A stretch of DNA of 64,000 nt from Octopus bimaculoides (lineage: Eukaryota). How positions within the stretch are numbered: position 1 is the stretch's first letter; the number at the start of each line of letters is the position of its first letter. Made by a program: the position numbers and the translations under genes. Shown here in pieces: positions 50,517 through 63,935 of the stretch. The stretch lies in NCBI RefSeq assembly GCF_001194135.2, contig NC_068986.1:85237661-85301660 (forward strand), written 5' to 3'. The notes beneath the pieces are model-generated. The model made no database searches. It had not been told where the DNA came from and worked only from the letters and a program-made list of their open reading frames with translations.

Positions 50517-50659
50517 ACTAAACTCTGTACATTCCATGAACAAAAGAAAAAAAGAGCAAAAAAGAAAAAGAACTAATGATGAACACTCTGACGATGACAA
50601 CAATGTTGCTGCTCATATTGGTGATGGTGATGATGATGATAATGATGATGATGATGATG

Positions 50660-50710
<51 letters not shown>

Positions 50711-50755
50711 TTAATAATAATAAGGCTACTACTATTACTATTACTACTACTACTG

Positions 50756-50789
<34 letters not shown>

Positions 50790-50792
50790 AAC

Positions 50793-50831
<39 letters not shown>

Positions 50832-50861
50832 GAGTTTCCAATTTAGATTGAAGGCCAACAG

Positions 50862-50995
50862 TTTTGAGGAGATGGGATTAGTCGATTTCATCGACTCCGG
50901 TACTTGACTGGTACTTTACCTTATCGATCCTCGATAAGATGAAAAGTAGAGTTAACCTCGGCAAAATTTTGACTCAAAACGTCAAGCATCGCATG
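50862..50995 (-). mobile_element. SINE family A fragment downstream of the stop codon
   Basis: gtcgatttcatcgactccggtacttgactggtacttt...ttaacctcggcaaaattttgactcaaaacgt. Confidence 0.7.
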
Positions 50996-51877
50996 GCACT
51001 AATGATAATAAGAATAATAAAGACATATCCATTTAAAAGAAGCTTTAAAATGGTAAAACAATAATGAAAAAGCAGGGTTAACGAGATTAAGCAGGAACAG
51101 AGATATCTCAACCAGCATTACTTCTACCGTTGTATTGATGATGGTGATGATGATGATGATGATTAAATGAAGAAATTATCCAGATAATATGATCTAGGAA
51201 CAGGGATAACCAAAGCTTGATTTTGTAAAAGAGAAACAATCCGTATAATATTATGTTCCATGATAATCATATAGAGCGATAGAGTCCAATATGTATAGCT
51301 AATTCCCATTACAGAAAATAGTACGACTAAGTATGGTATCTTATATTATGGAGTAATTGCAATGCGATATAAAATATGAAAGAAAAAAACAAGTACTGCC
51401 ATAGCCCTAGGCTCACAAAGCAACGCCCTTTTGTACAGTGGAAACCCGCAATAGAAACAGTAAATTGATGACATTAATTAAAATATTTTTCACAGACGGA
51501 GTTCATTCGAACTGGCGATATTTTGCTTAGTAAAGACGAACCAACAATTACTGTGCAGTAGAATTAGTCTACTATGCAATCAGGTACCACCAGCGGACAA
51601 AAAAAAAATGCAATCTATTGTCGAAAACGAGCCTGAACGAAGGCTCCATACTTTGAATTTTTGATTCAGATTCACGTTTAAAGCGTTACTCAATGCATTT
51701 AGTGGTCGACTTTAGTCATATTCATTTGAATATTTGCATAAAGTTTGTAAGATGTTCCATCTGATGAACAGCATGAACTTGTACAGATCCAACATTGTAT
51801 AAAATATTTATTACCGACAGTGACAGTATTAATAACGAGAGGTAAGATTTATTCCTACTTAAACGTAGATGTTCTGC

Positions 51878-52213
51878 TAGAACAAACTGCACTACGGCAG
51901 TTACTATGAGAAAAACTCTCATAATGGCTTTTGGTGAAAAAGTCACTTTTGTATATATCTCCAGCGGGGAGAAAAATTCTTGCCACCTCCAGCATCGAGA
52001 CCAACAGATCATGAGATTTCATGACCAGACTACTAGCGCACGTGATTTCGTACTAGACCAAGGAAGGTCAAAATCACATGATCTGGTGGTCTCGTTGCTG
52101 GAGTTAGCAAGGATTTATCTCACCGCTAGTGATGTAAACAAGCGTGCATTTTGCACCAAAAGCCAGGATAAGAATGTCTTTCATGGTAACTAGCTTTTGT
52201 ATAGTTTGTTCTA
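51878..52213. repeat. About 335-bp foldback (MITE-like) element
   Basis: Arms about 51878-52026 and 52066-52213 are diverged reverse complements (e.g. ctccagcatcgagaccaacagatcatg / catgatctggtggtctcgttgctggag). Confidence 0.85.
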
Positions 52214-52738
52214 ACAAAAGAAACTATAGTGTATAAAATGGTTAGATTCTATATCTTGATGAGGAATTTGGCCATGTTATTCTCCAGATGAAGCATCCTG
52301 TAAATTGTAAGCAGTTTGTTACAGTGACTGATACAAATCTCGTGCAACATATAGGAACGTCCCTTCTGTTATTGAGTGTTAAATCTCGTCTAATTCGGCT
52401 GTCTTTTCAGTCGGCTGCTACGATAAAAGTAAACCAGTCATTTACTTGAGAGCGAATTGAAACAAATGTGTCTTCCCCAATCGCACCAAGTGGAAACTTT
52501 TGCCTTGCGTCTTTCCCAAAGATAGTTACGATGACGACGACGACGACGACTTCATCATCATGTGCTGGAAATATTAGCAAGTAATACTTGCAGCAAATGA
52601 AATTGCTTTCCCGGTTTTTCTTATTGGGTAGTAACTATATTTACTATGCATATTCTGTTGACAAAGGTAAAAATATGCAACCTGCCCTTTTATATGGCTT
52701 AATGTTCAATTAAGAATTATTATTATCATTATTATCAC

Positions 52739-52789
<51 letters not shown>

Positions 52790-52829
52790 CATTAGTATTA
52801 TACATGACATGTATTTATGTATTTGTTAT

Positions 52830-52933
<104 letters not shown>

Positions 52934-53380
52934 CGTACATTAGTTTTGCAAGGTATTTGATGTTATGTGAGGCGATGAAACAGATGATGTTGTATGTCGG
53001 AAGGGTCAATTTGCCAATAAAAAGACACACTCTGGTTGTAGTTTACTTATTTTTAATATCAGTCAACCGTACAACTAATTAACTTGGTATCTAATGAATT
53101 GCTTGATTAATAGTTTCATCAATTATTTCATCGATCAATCACTTGGCGGCTTCACGAACCAATCGACTGGTTTCTCAATTGATTGAACAATATACAATCA
53201 GGCCTGTAGTAAAACTGTTTTTCATTTGCAAAATTACCCTCCTGACCTACAGCAACATATATATCACCTACATACATACATACATACATACATACATACA
53301 TACATACATACATACATACACGCCTTTATAAATGTGTATAGAGATATATATATTATATATTATATATATATATACACTCT

Positions 53381-53436
<56 letters not shown>

Positions 53437-53527
53437 NNNNNNNNNNNNNNNNNNNNNNNNNNNNNNNNNNNNNNNNNNNNNNNNNNNNNNNNNNNNNNNN
53501 NNNNNNNNNNNNNNNNNNNNNNNNNNN

Positions 53528-53580
<53 letters not shown>

Positions 53581-54004
53581 GTATGTATGTATGTATGTAT
53601 GTATATGTATATGTACGTATGTATATGTATATATAACAGAATGCGTTTCTTTCTCGATAAAGTAATTCAACTTTTCTTCCATTTCTGTTGAATCTCAACC
53701 GAACACTACACTGATGTATCATCCATGTCAGAAATAAAACCTATATTGGAGCTGATTTAGAGTTGCCAATATCTCGAGCAATATTAATAAACAAAATTGT
53801 GCGCAGTGGAGCAACAGCAACAATGAAAGCAACCTTTGAAGCACTAACGTGAACAACACCATTAGTTCCATAAGCAACCTCTTGCATCTTGTTACCTTTG
53901 GGAGCTGACGGTTACGGGCTCTGTCAAAACAAAACCGGCTCTTCTAATTAATATTTAAGCGTTATTCTTTTGTGTAAAATGCAGTCATGTGTAGGTATAG
54001 TCAT

Positions 54005-54382
54005 GGCACTGCGTCGGTTACGACGACGAGGGTTCCAGTTGATCCGATCAACGGAACAGCCTGCTCATGAAATTAACGTGCAAGTGGCTGAGCACTCCAC
54101 AGACACATGTACCCTTAACGCATTTCTCGGAGAAATTCAGCGTGGCACAGAGTGTGACAAGGCTGGCCCTTTGAAATACAGGTACAACAGAAACAGGAAG
54201 AATGAGTAACAGAAAGTTGTGGTGAAAGAATACACCAGAGTTCACCACCACCCACGTAGAGCCACGTAGAGCTTTAGGGGTTTTCGCTCAATAAACACTG
54301 ACAACGCCCGGTCTGGGAATCGAAACCGCGATCCTATGACTGCGAGTCCGCTGCCCTAGCCACTGGGCCATTGCGCCTCCAC
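54005..54382 (-). mobile_element. tRNA-derived SINE family C (tRNA-Arg-like head)
   Basis: The minus strand begins gtggaggcgcaatggcccagtggctagggcagcggactcgcagtcataggatcgcggtttcgattccc (A box TGGCCCAGTGG, B box GGTTTCGATTCC), followed by about 300 bp of non-tRNA body. Confidence 0.85.
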
Positions 54383-56199
54383 TGTAGGTATAGTATCCTG
54401 AATGATGAATGCCAACTAGCCTGAGATTATTTATTGAAATCTCTTCTGATCGTACGCATAACATATTCCTTGGTTTAACACAATTTCTTGATTTAAGGGT
54501 ACATTTAGTAGAATTTTTTCTGTTCTACGTATTGTTTCAGGATAAAAAGACTCTGCTTATGCTACTGCTTATTTCCTTTTTGCCTTTTCTACAGGTGGTG
54601 CCACTGCTTATCTGACAAATTGCTTTAAAGTTTGTTTTGCCAACAGAAGCCCGTTGCACAATAGCACAAAGGCCAGAAACCTAGTGAAACCCTTCAGAAT
54701 CGGCTCTCGCTTTGACGCATAATCCTGCTGCATTTTCTCTCCGTCTCTGTAACAGTTTCTCCTTTCAGTTAACGGACTAGATTTCCAGAAATCCATCCGA
54801 ATACACCGGGCACAGCGAGTGTGTTTACAGGGAGAGTCACAGGCAATTATCAGAACATACCATTTTTTTTTTTTTGTCGTTATGAACTTGAAACTTATCC
54901 ATTCCAATTACATTAATCTAACATATTCAAGTAGAAAGGAACAATATCCTGCAAACATTCCGTGTTTTTAAGGTGTTAATACTAAAACGAGGGATTGCAA
55001 TGCATTGTAACCTTAGCATGTATAATTTGAAGTGTTATACTACACTGGTGTGTGGAAAGAAAATACTGAATAACCTTTAAATGCTTTGGGTGGCCTACAT
55101 CAAAGGTTCTTAAATGATTTAATTCAATGGATATCTAACAGCATCGAAATTTTCAAAAAACGTTTTAAGTTTTAGAAAATCGATACTTATGGTCGAGTAA
55201 CTTCAAAAACAAATTATTCATAATTTTATTATGCACAAGTATTACTTATGAAACAAGGTAAACATTAGTTTTCTTTATTTTACTTCTGTATATTTATTTC
55301 TAATTTAAATCGAGCTTTTATAAAAAAAAAAAAAGAAAAAGAAATTCTATGTGAAGCCCACAGACACCTTTTTTGATTGATCTCTGGAGGATCGCCAAGC
55401 CATGAAGATTGAGAATGGTAGCATACAGCTTGTAGTGAGTAAGGCAAGGAAGATGACACTATTGATAGAAGAGTTCATTAGATAATTATAGAAAGGAAAC
55501 TAAAGAGTTGATCTTTATACGGTGTCAAACAATGAAACAGGACAAATCGCCGAAACACTACGTTGAAAACTTATACAATGTTCAATGAGGTTTCATTAGA
55601 CAAGAAAATCTGAACTCATCGGCCTATATCAGATGTGCCGAATTCTAGAATATTGCAAAAATGGTATTATGGTTGTTTTCCGTATGATTTTCGCATTTTC
55701 GTAACCTTCGTCGTGTAGTGGTACTAATTTCAGTATGCATAAATTCTATGAATGTGGTTACATGTTTACACCAAAAGATGTGTATGCTCATCATTATACA
55801 ATAAATACAATTGCATACTCAAAGACTGAGGCGAATCAAGAAAGGTAAATCATAAGATCTTTGGAACATCTACGATTTAACTCTCAGTTAAATATGTGAA
55901 TATACAATTGTATTATATACTGCTAAGCATACATATCGTTGTAAATAAAAAATATATGTATAATGTTAAATACTGCAAATAACAAGGGTTATGAAATATC
56001 TGAAATCATATAGGAATCATACAGAAAAATGAATCCATATTCACTTCTGACATCTCCTGATTTTATGCATTGTATATAATATACATACATACATGCATAC
56101 ATGCATACATACATATATACACACACATACACACACTCACTCACACACACACACACACACACGCACACACACGCACGCACGCACACACACACGCACGCA

Positions 56200-56254
<55 letters not shown>

Positions 56255-56371
56255 GCACATATATATTTATTGCTGTGCTCCTTCCGTTTTTCTGAGCCCT
56301 GTAAAAGGACTCGGAATGTTAGGCCTCCAACCAGGCCTTTCGCGACACTCTTAAAGCCAGGAACTTTATAC

Positions 56372-56450
<79 letters not shown>

Positions 56451-56454
56451 CATA

Positions 56455-56929
56455 TACGAGAACAGGACGTCACCAGCTGTGTAAACAACATGAAATACAA
56501 ATACAAACAAGTTAAATACTCAAACAACGAGAGAAAAAATGGAAAACAGGACAAATAAACTCAGAGAATGACTCTTCATCAGTTGTCGGCTGTCTATCTA
56601 CTCCTTATTCTGAGCATTCAACGACAATATGAGTCTTCAGAGACAGTTGCTCCCATAAATTCTGAAATAGAATTTAGGATTTATAGAGGGTCAAAGTTGG
56701 GAACAAAAACAGGACAATGGAAACATACAAGAAAGTCGAACGAAATCAAACATGAAGGGTCGTTAGACCAGAACGAGAGGAAAATAGTGAACGCTAAGAG
56801 AAATATTTTCTGTGAAAAGAGAAAAGATATAGGAGAGAGAAAGAAAACGTCCAGTCCTTTCTAGGTCCGTGCATGAAAAGAAAGATGGTCACGTGAAGAA
56901 AAGAAAAATGGACGATGGTTGCGTGTGAG

Positions 56930-56935
<6 letters not shown>
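56455..56935 (-). repeat. Interspersed repeat, class uncertain; sister copy at 4030-4495
   Basis: Reciprocal homology to 4030-4495; bounded by (TG)n and (GA)n. Confidence 0.6.
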
Positions 56936-56969
<34 letters not shown>

Positions 56970-57127
56970 AGAAAGGGGGAGGGAGAGACAGGTAGAAAAC
57001 AGTGAAAGAGCGAGGAGGAGAAAAAAGGGAATTAGAGATGGACGGAGGAAGAAAGCATTATTGAGTCACCTCAAATATATATATACATATATAATGTACA
57101 AAGACATACATATGCATTTATGTGTGC

Positions 57128-57177
<50 letters not shown>

Positions 57178-57691
57178 GAGTCATCACAGTTATTACTGAA
57201 GTTGAAAAGAAATATACATTAAATGAANNNNNNNNNNNNNNNNNNNNNNNNNNNNNNNNNNNNNNNNNNNNNNNNNNNNNNNNNNNNNNNNNNNNNNNNN
57301 NNNNNNNNNNNNNNNNNNNNNNNNNNNNNNNNNNNNNNNNNNNNNNNNNNNNNNNNNNNNNNNNNNNNNNNNNNNNNNNNNNNNNNNNNNNNNNNNNNNN
57401 NNNNNNNNNNNNNNNNNNNNNNNNNNNNNNNNNNNNNNNNNNNNNNNNNNNNNNNNNNNNNNNNNNNNNNNNNNNNNNNNNNNNNNNNNNNNNNNNNNNN
57501 NNNNNNNNNNNNNNNNNNNNNNNNNNNNNNNNNNNNNNNNNNNNNNNNNNNNNNNNNNNNNNNNNNNNNNNNNNNNNNNNNNNNNNNNNNNNNNNNNNNN
57601 NNNNNNNNNNNNNNNNNNNNNNNNNNNNNNNNNNNNNNNNNNNNNNNNNNNNNNNNNNNNNNNNNNNNNNNNNNNNNNNNNNNNNNNNNNN

Positions 57692-57725
<34 letters not shown>

Positions 57726-58299
57726 CCCACAATACAGATACTTACACTCATAGACACAGACATAAACAGACGCACACAAATATACATACACATCAAAATT
57801 TGAAACCAATATTACATAATTTCTGTCAATAAAGACTAAAAGCCTACAGCAGAAAGTGAAAATTTGACACATACACACACATTTACGAAATATGCAGACA
57901 CTCTCAGAAATTCACACATGTAAGTGTCAAAACTTTCCTTTACAATTTGGTATCAACAACATCAAAGGTACAACATCGCTACCACTGCCACCACTAACAG
58001 TAATGACTATAGTACAATAACAACAAACACAACAAAAAATTGCAGCAACAATACTAACATATATTTCAGGTACAAAAGTAACTATTAATACTTGACAACA
58101 AAGTCGTTCTAAGGGAGGCAACATAAGAGGAGACAACTCACTTCATTTTTGTTTTTCCCCCTTTCGTTTTTGGTGTAAGAGTGAATGTAACTGGATGATT
58201 TAAGGATAAATTTCACAAATTTATCTTCGAATATTAAGTATTTGTTCAGCGTTTTGTTGATAGGGGAGATAACTTAATGGATATAATTTCTCTTCCTGA

Positions 58300-59350
58300 T
58301 GATGAGATAATTTCAAATTACGCACTACTGATGTAAGTAATGACACAGGTATCTTCAATAGCATCTAACTTATATCTAACGGCATATTTACCAAGTTAGA
58401 CATTGTAGAATGCTATCCATCCTTTTCTAAAACTCTTCCCATGAAAATCTCAAAATTCACAACAATTACATTCATAACCATGACTACGAGATATTGATAT
58501 AATATTGAAAGAAAAGAAAAAAAAAGAAAATTGTTATAGCCTGGCAGAACTTTCTGAGTAGTATAGAAAACAACTGTGCGATGAATCAATAAATAGCTAT
58601 AACGGTGGGATATTATCAGATCTAATCGACTTATATATGTATATATNNNNNNNNNNNNNNNNNNNNNNNNNNNNNNNNNNNNNNNNNNNNNNNNNNNNNN
58701 NNNNNNNNNNNNNNNNNNNNNNNNNNNNNNNNNNNNNNNNNNNNNNNNNNNNNNNNNNNNNNNNNNNNNNNNNNNNNNNNNNNNNNNNNNNNNNNNNNNN
58801 NNNNNNNNNNNNNNNNNNNNNNNNNNNNNNNNNNNNNNNNNNNNNNNNNNNNNNNNNNNNNNNNNNNNNNNNNNNNNNNNNNNNNNNNNNNNNNNNNNNN
58901 NNNNNNNNNNNNNNNNNNNNNNNNNNNNNNNNNNNNNNNNNNNNNNNNNNNNNNNNNNNNNNNNNNNNNNNNNNNNNNNNNNNNNNNNNNNNNNNNNNNN
59001 NNNNNNATATATATATATATATATACGGCATAGAACGAAAAGCAATTAAATTTACCAATATAAAACTACAGTGTTGCTGAAGTCCCCACATGCCATAGTA
59101 TGATTTGTCCTAATGTGGACAGACCTAAAAGAATCTATGTTAAAAATACAAACCTGGAAATAGTAAATTTTTTAGATATAACATTAAATTACAACAGAGG
59201 GAAATACAATCTCGTTCGAAAACATAGTGAAGGAATAATTTACGTAAATCGATCGCAAATATAAAGCATATTAGAACTAACATTAATGGTTGTATATGAA
59301 ATTTTATTAGATAAGTCAGAATTCAAAAATTTACTCTGCACTACAACAGA
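58300..59350 (+). mobile_element. Penelope-like element RT remnant spanning a gap
   Basis: FTKLDIVECYPSFSK; SYNGGILSDLIDLY; NTNLEIVNFLDITLNYNRGKYNLVRK...IIYVNRS. Confidence 0.78.
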
Positions 59351-59620
59351 GCCTCGTTTCATAACAATGTGAAGTGCATAGAACAGTCCACACTAATGCA
59401 ATGCAATGCACGAAGACATGCATATACGATAGAAATCTTACAGAATTAATATAAGTACAAATAAAGCAAACCACTTCTTAACGTGAACAATCACACACTT
59501 CCCCATTTCACGTAGATATCATAAATCATGTTTGTCAATTTCTGAAGCTACGTCCAAGCTGTATTAGGTGTTTAGTACGTCTAAATTTTCGACTTAAGAT
59601 TGGAAATTTGCTATTCCCTA

Positions 59621-59834
59621 TTCTTTTCTATTCTTGGCACAAGGCCCGAAATTTGGGGGGAGGGGGCCAGTCGATTAGATCGACCCCAGTATGCAACTGG
59701 TACTTAATTTATCGACCCCAAAAGGATAAAAGGCAAAGTCGACCTCGGTGGAAATTGAACTCCGAACGTAAAGTCAGACGAAATACCGCTAAGCATTTTA
59801 CTAGGCGTGCTAATGTTTCAGCTAGCTCGCCGCC
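59621..59834 (-). mobile_element. SINE family A, tail type 2
   Basis: Reverse complement of a full element; ends gctagctcgccgcc. Confidence 0.88.
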
Positions 59835-60005
59835 TTTTTGTGATCCCTTATTGATCAAACAACTGGAATCGACTTTCATACAGTCTCTTAAACACGAATA
59901 TCCAGATTGACGGTCAATATAGACACAAGTATNNNNNNNNNNNNNNNNNNNNNNNNNNNNNNNNNNNNNNNNNNNNNNNNNNNNNNNNNNNNNNNNNNNN
60001 NNNNN

Positions 60006-60070
<65 letters not shown>

Positions 60071-60859
60071 TTATAATAGCCGTATTTTTCAACTGATTGC
60101 GCTGAAATTTTACACGTAGGTAAAAGACACCACAGTGGGAGCATCACTTAAATTTCATGAAAAAGCATATGTGATTACAGTAAAAATCGATATCATTCTA
60201 GAATTAACGGTAATTGAACACGTGCATCCAGGCATTTCATTCTGTGTTTAATAAATAAGCTGACACAAAAGAATAAGAAGACAAGGCAATTATTTTGAAC
60301 AAGTAAAAATGAAATAAGATATTAACCGTAACGAATAAATGGCACTAATTGGCTATCAATCAACTCTGTGAATATTTTCTCAGAGCAAAATTCAATTGAT
60401 AGAAAACGACAAGTTGATTGGTAATTGAACGTGGAAATTTGGGTGACAAATATCTAAAACTTTAGCTAACAGGTTCTTATATAAGACAAATAATGAGCGA
60501 TATTTTTCGACTTTTGCTTGACTCACTTGATTTGACATGTACATGCTTAGTATCTATTCTTTAATTCCATTTCATGAAGAAGGAATATTAGTATCAACAT
60601 TTCAAATAACGAGTTATTTTTTTATTTTTATCAATAAGCATAATTGAACGATATTTTGGCAAATTCTTCGTATCATTTTTACGAATTTTACAGATCAAAT
60701 TCATCGGTTACATTCTAAAAAAAAAGCACTATTCGGTCGGTTCTGGTAGCTTATTCATCCAGAAGTTTTGTTTCATTATCGATCAACATCACATATTGCT
60801 GAACCCTATATCCCATTTGAAGTTTTCCGGTTTGCATTCAATTACAGATTTTCAATAGG

Positions 60860-61525
60860 ATGCTTGAAAAAAAACAAGACTCATATTGGCAGAAAACAAG
60901 AAATGCTTCCGTTTTGCGTTTCTTGCGGGCAAGCGAGACAGAGGAACAATGTATGCTTCGGGTGCTTGCAATGCTGCCTCTACTGCAGTTACCAGAGCAT
61001 CACAGACAACTCAACAAGCAGAACTCCGGCTCGCTCGGAATGCTGCTTCTACTGTAGTCACCAGAGCATCACAGACAGTTCAACAAGCAGAACTCTGGCG
61101 TGTTTGCAATGCTGCCTCTACTTCAAATAGCCGTTGAACAAAGGGCCACAAGGCTTGGGACTGATTCTCAACGTAAAATACGTTCTCGTGTCTCTTCGAG
61201 TGTTTCTTCCTGTTGCTGGTCTAACAAGGCGTTTCATTACGCTTCACCCCCACATATCATCATTGGCAACAAGTCTACAGTTTACGTCCATTGTAATGCA
61301 ATGAGGTGGCCAGCAGAATCTACGGCTATATGCTGCTCCAATGGAACAATTGGCTTGCCTCATTTACAAGTGTGTGCCGAATCTTTGAAGGCCCTGCTGC
61401 TCGGAGATCAACCAGATTCTAAACACTTTCTTCGGAATATAAGAGCCTACAATTCTGCTTTCCAAATAACAAGCTTTGGTCATACACCAATAAGAGATAG
61501 AAATTGTATGCTCACCTTCAAAGTA
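60860..61525 (+). mobile_element. Helitron Rep/helicase N-terminal fragment, frameshifted
   Basis: RASETEEQ/RASQTTQQAELRL repeats, then HCNAMRWPAESTAICCSNGTIGLP...SKHFLRNIRAYNSAFQITSFG...FKVQ. Confidence 0.88.
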
Positions 61526-61672
61526 CAATTCTATATAATATATTCATTGAAGAATTATCTTTTCAAAATTTGATATATTAATCTTGTGTAACTTGGAAAA
61601 ATATCCCTATAAGAAGTTGAAATATCCTCATTGTGTTAGTAAACAGTTTATAGCAGAGACTTCATCTAAGAA

Positions 61673-61707
61673 GATCTGAAGAAGGAATTGTATTCCAAAA
61701 TATCATC
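61673..61707 (+). ncRNA. Minimal hammerhead-like motif with G12A substitution
   Basis: GAU CUGAAGA A GGAAU UGU AUUCC aAAA UAUC AUC. Helix II 5 bp, palindromic AUAU helix III, AUC site. Confidence 0.5.
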
Positions 61708-62022
61708 GGACTATAGATAACTAAATTACAAGTATATAGTCCATTTTCTTTTTTTTTTTTGGTGCATTGTTGTACCATTCAAAACTCTTTATTCTCTACA
61801 AAATTTCATAAAGATTTTTGGAAATTTTTTTCAGAATTATAATTTCCGTATTTTTCCGCGTATTTTGAAAAAAAAAAAAAAATTCTGAAAAAAGTTCAAA
61901 ATGAAGGAAATGGGGGTGGGATGGGGTAATTTAGAAATGTCAAATTTTACCACTAATCATTTCGTCCGGCGTGCTAACGTTTCTGCCAGCTCGCCTATGT
62001 ATGTAATTGTTCAACCAGTAGG

Positions 62023-62260
62023 GCCGCGAGCTGGCAAGAATCGTTAGCACGCCGGGCGACATACGTAGCGGTATTTCGTCTGCCGTTACGTTCTGAGTTC
62101 AAATTCCGCCGAGGGCGACTTTGCATTTTTATCCTTCGGGATCGATTAAATAAGTATCAGTTTCGAACTGGAGTCGATGTAATCGATTTAATCCGTTTGT
62201 CTGTCCTTCTTTGTCCCCTCTATGTTTAGCCCCCTGTGGACAATAAAGAAATAAAGAAAT
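62023..62260 (+). mobile_element. SINE family A, tail type 1
   Basis: gcgagctggcaagaatcgttagcacgccgggcg...tatgtttagcccccctgtggacaataaagaaataaag. An inverted head fragment lies at about 61957-61995. Confidence 0.88.
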
Positions 62261-62479
62261 AAAAAATTGTTCAACCAGAGACGTAAGATACTGGAGTATA
62301 GACAACGGCACACGATCAGCACATAATGAAGAAAAGCAGAATAAAAGCTGAAAGACGAATTGCTAGGAGGACGGGGAAATGAAAATAATTCATCAAATAT
62401 GCGTATACATAACATCTTTTGAGTTAGTGACAAAAGTTCATTCTATGTATATTCTATGGATAGTGTACCTTTCAACCCC

Positions 62480-62690
62480 TTTTCGTTTATCGTTTTCCAG
62501 TCGTTAAACTACGGCCATGCCGGGGAACCACCTTGAAGGGTTTAGTCGAACGAATCGACCCCAGTATTTCTTTTTCTAAACCTGCTGCTCATTCAGTCAT
62601 TCTGAATTTCGGAAACGTAAACAAAGTAAACAAATCAATACCAGTTGTCAAGCAATGGGAGGGGAACGAACACAAGACAATGACATAAGC
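62480..62690 (-). mobile_element. Diverged SINE family B tail
   Basis: ggccatgc...accttgaagggtttagtcgaacgaatcgacccc...ccagttgtcaagc matches the family B tail. Confidence 0.6.
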
Positions 62691-63107
62691 ATGTGTGTGT
62701 GTATGTATCACTTTCATATTAATAACTATGGAAGACTGGTGGGAATATTATCTTCATGGACTTCAAGGGATAGGTTGTTATTTTGTTAGATAATTTAAGA
62801 GTTAGTTATAGGTTTACTTATTGAATTTATTTACCGATACTGATTTTGTAAATAGGGTAAATGTGTTTCTTTGTTGTAATTTAATTAATAATGTGTTTAA
62901 TCCTTCCTAGCATTAAGATTGAATGAATCTGGTGGTATATATGGTATACTTGTTCCCAAGCAACACTTATTTTAGCGATGCTGAGACTGCCAGATTGAAC
63001 AGTACTGCTCAGGTGTCGAAACCACAGTGATATCTATGGGGCAGCTGATGATGGAGGTATGTTGGATAGCTGGTATGGCTGTTTTTGTATGTGTGTAATA
63101 GTTTTAT

Positions 63108-63165
<58 letters not shown>

Positions 63166-63169
63166 CATA

Positions 63170-63345
63170 TGATTCGCAAAAAAAAACAACAGACGAAGGC
63201 AGGTGGTGTAGAAAACAAATAGATGTACTAGTATAATGTTCGGGAATTGAAAAAGTCTTTACCGTTTCAAGCCTACGCTCTTCTACAGATAGGAACACAG
63301 AAAGAAACAAGGAGAGAAAAAAAATGTGTGTAGTCGTCAGCGATC
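63170..63345 (-). mobile_element. PLE-type repeat, same family as 6203-6372, with degenerate hammerhead-like motif (63256-63290)
   Basis: Minus strand: CUGUAGA A GAGC GUAG GCUU GAAAC GGU AAAGA. Confidence 0.65.
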
Positions 63346-63594
63346 TATAAGAAAGTATAAAAACATAATAATAATAAAAATAAAGGTTTTACATAAAGGT
63401 TAAAAAGTTCAAAGGCTTCAGATGTCGTGGTGTATTGCAGCGATTTCTTATCAACAGGTAGGTCCAGAGTAATCCACAAGCAGGAGAGGTGCAACCGGAG
63501 TGTAGAAAGTCCAATATATATATAGATAGATAGATATACGCACACACACACACACACACGCACACATACACACGCACGCACGCACACACACATA

Positions 63595-63902
63595 TTCTTT
63601 TATTCTTTTACTTGTTTCAGTCATTTGANNNNNNNNNNACACACACGCACACATACACACGCACGCACGCACACACACATATTCTTTTATTCTTTTACTT
63701 GTTTCAGTCATTTGACTGCGGCCATACTGGAGCACCGCCTTTAGTCGAACAAATCAACCTAAGGACTTATTTTTTGTAAGCCTAGTACTTATTCTATTGG
63801 TCATTTTTGCTGTACCGATATGTTACGGGGGCGTAAACACACCAACATCCGTTGTCAAGTGATGGTGGGGGGGGGGGACAAATGCAGACACACAAATACA
63901 TT

Positions 63903-63935
<33 letters not shown>

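Noticed and set aside
54300-54382. tRNA-Arg gene
   Set aside because: It has A and B boxes but no proper acceptor stem, and it continues into a SINE body.
54540-54907. Possible exon(s): several polypyrimidine-CAG acceptors on + and a Cys-containing ORF on -
   Set aside because: All + frames stop quickly, there is no recognisable domain and no paired donor/acceptor.
55380-55620. Mariner-like SLEDR segment
   Set aside because: A five-residue match only; no TIRs or DD34D motifs.
56576-56582. CUGAUGA on the minus strand as a hammerhead core
   Set aside because: No downstream GAAA and no closable helices I and III.
60960-61130. CRISPR-like repeat array
   Set aside because: These are contiguous coding repeats without unique spacers, in a eukaryotic Helitron.
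61540-61560. YSLKN as the start of a PLE ORF
   Set aside because: It is not followed by IPIP or any further similarity; it may be chance.
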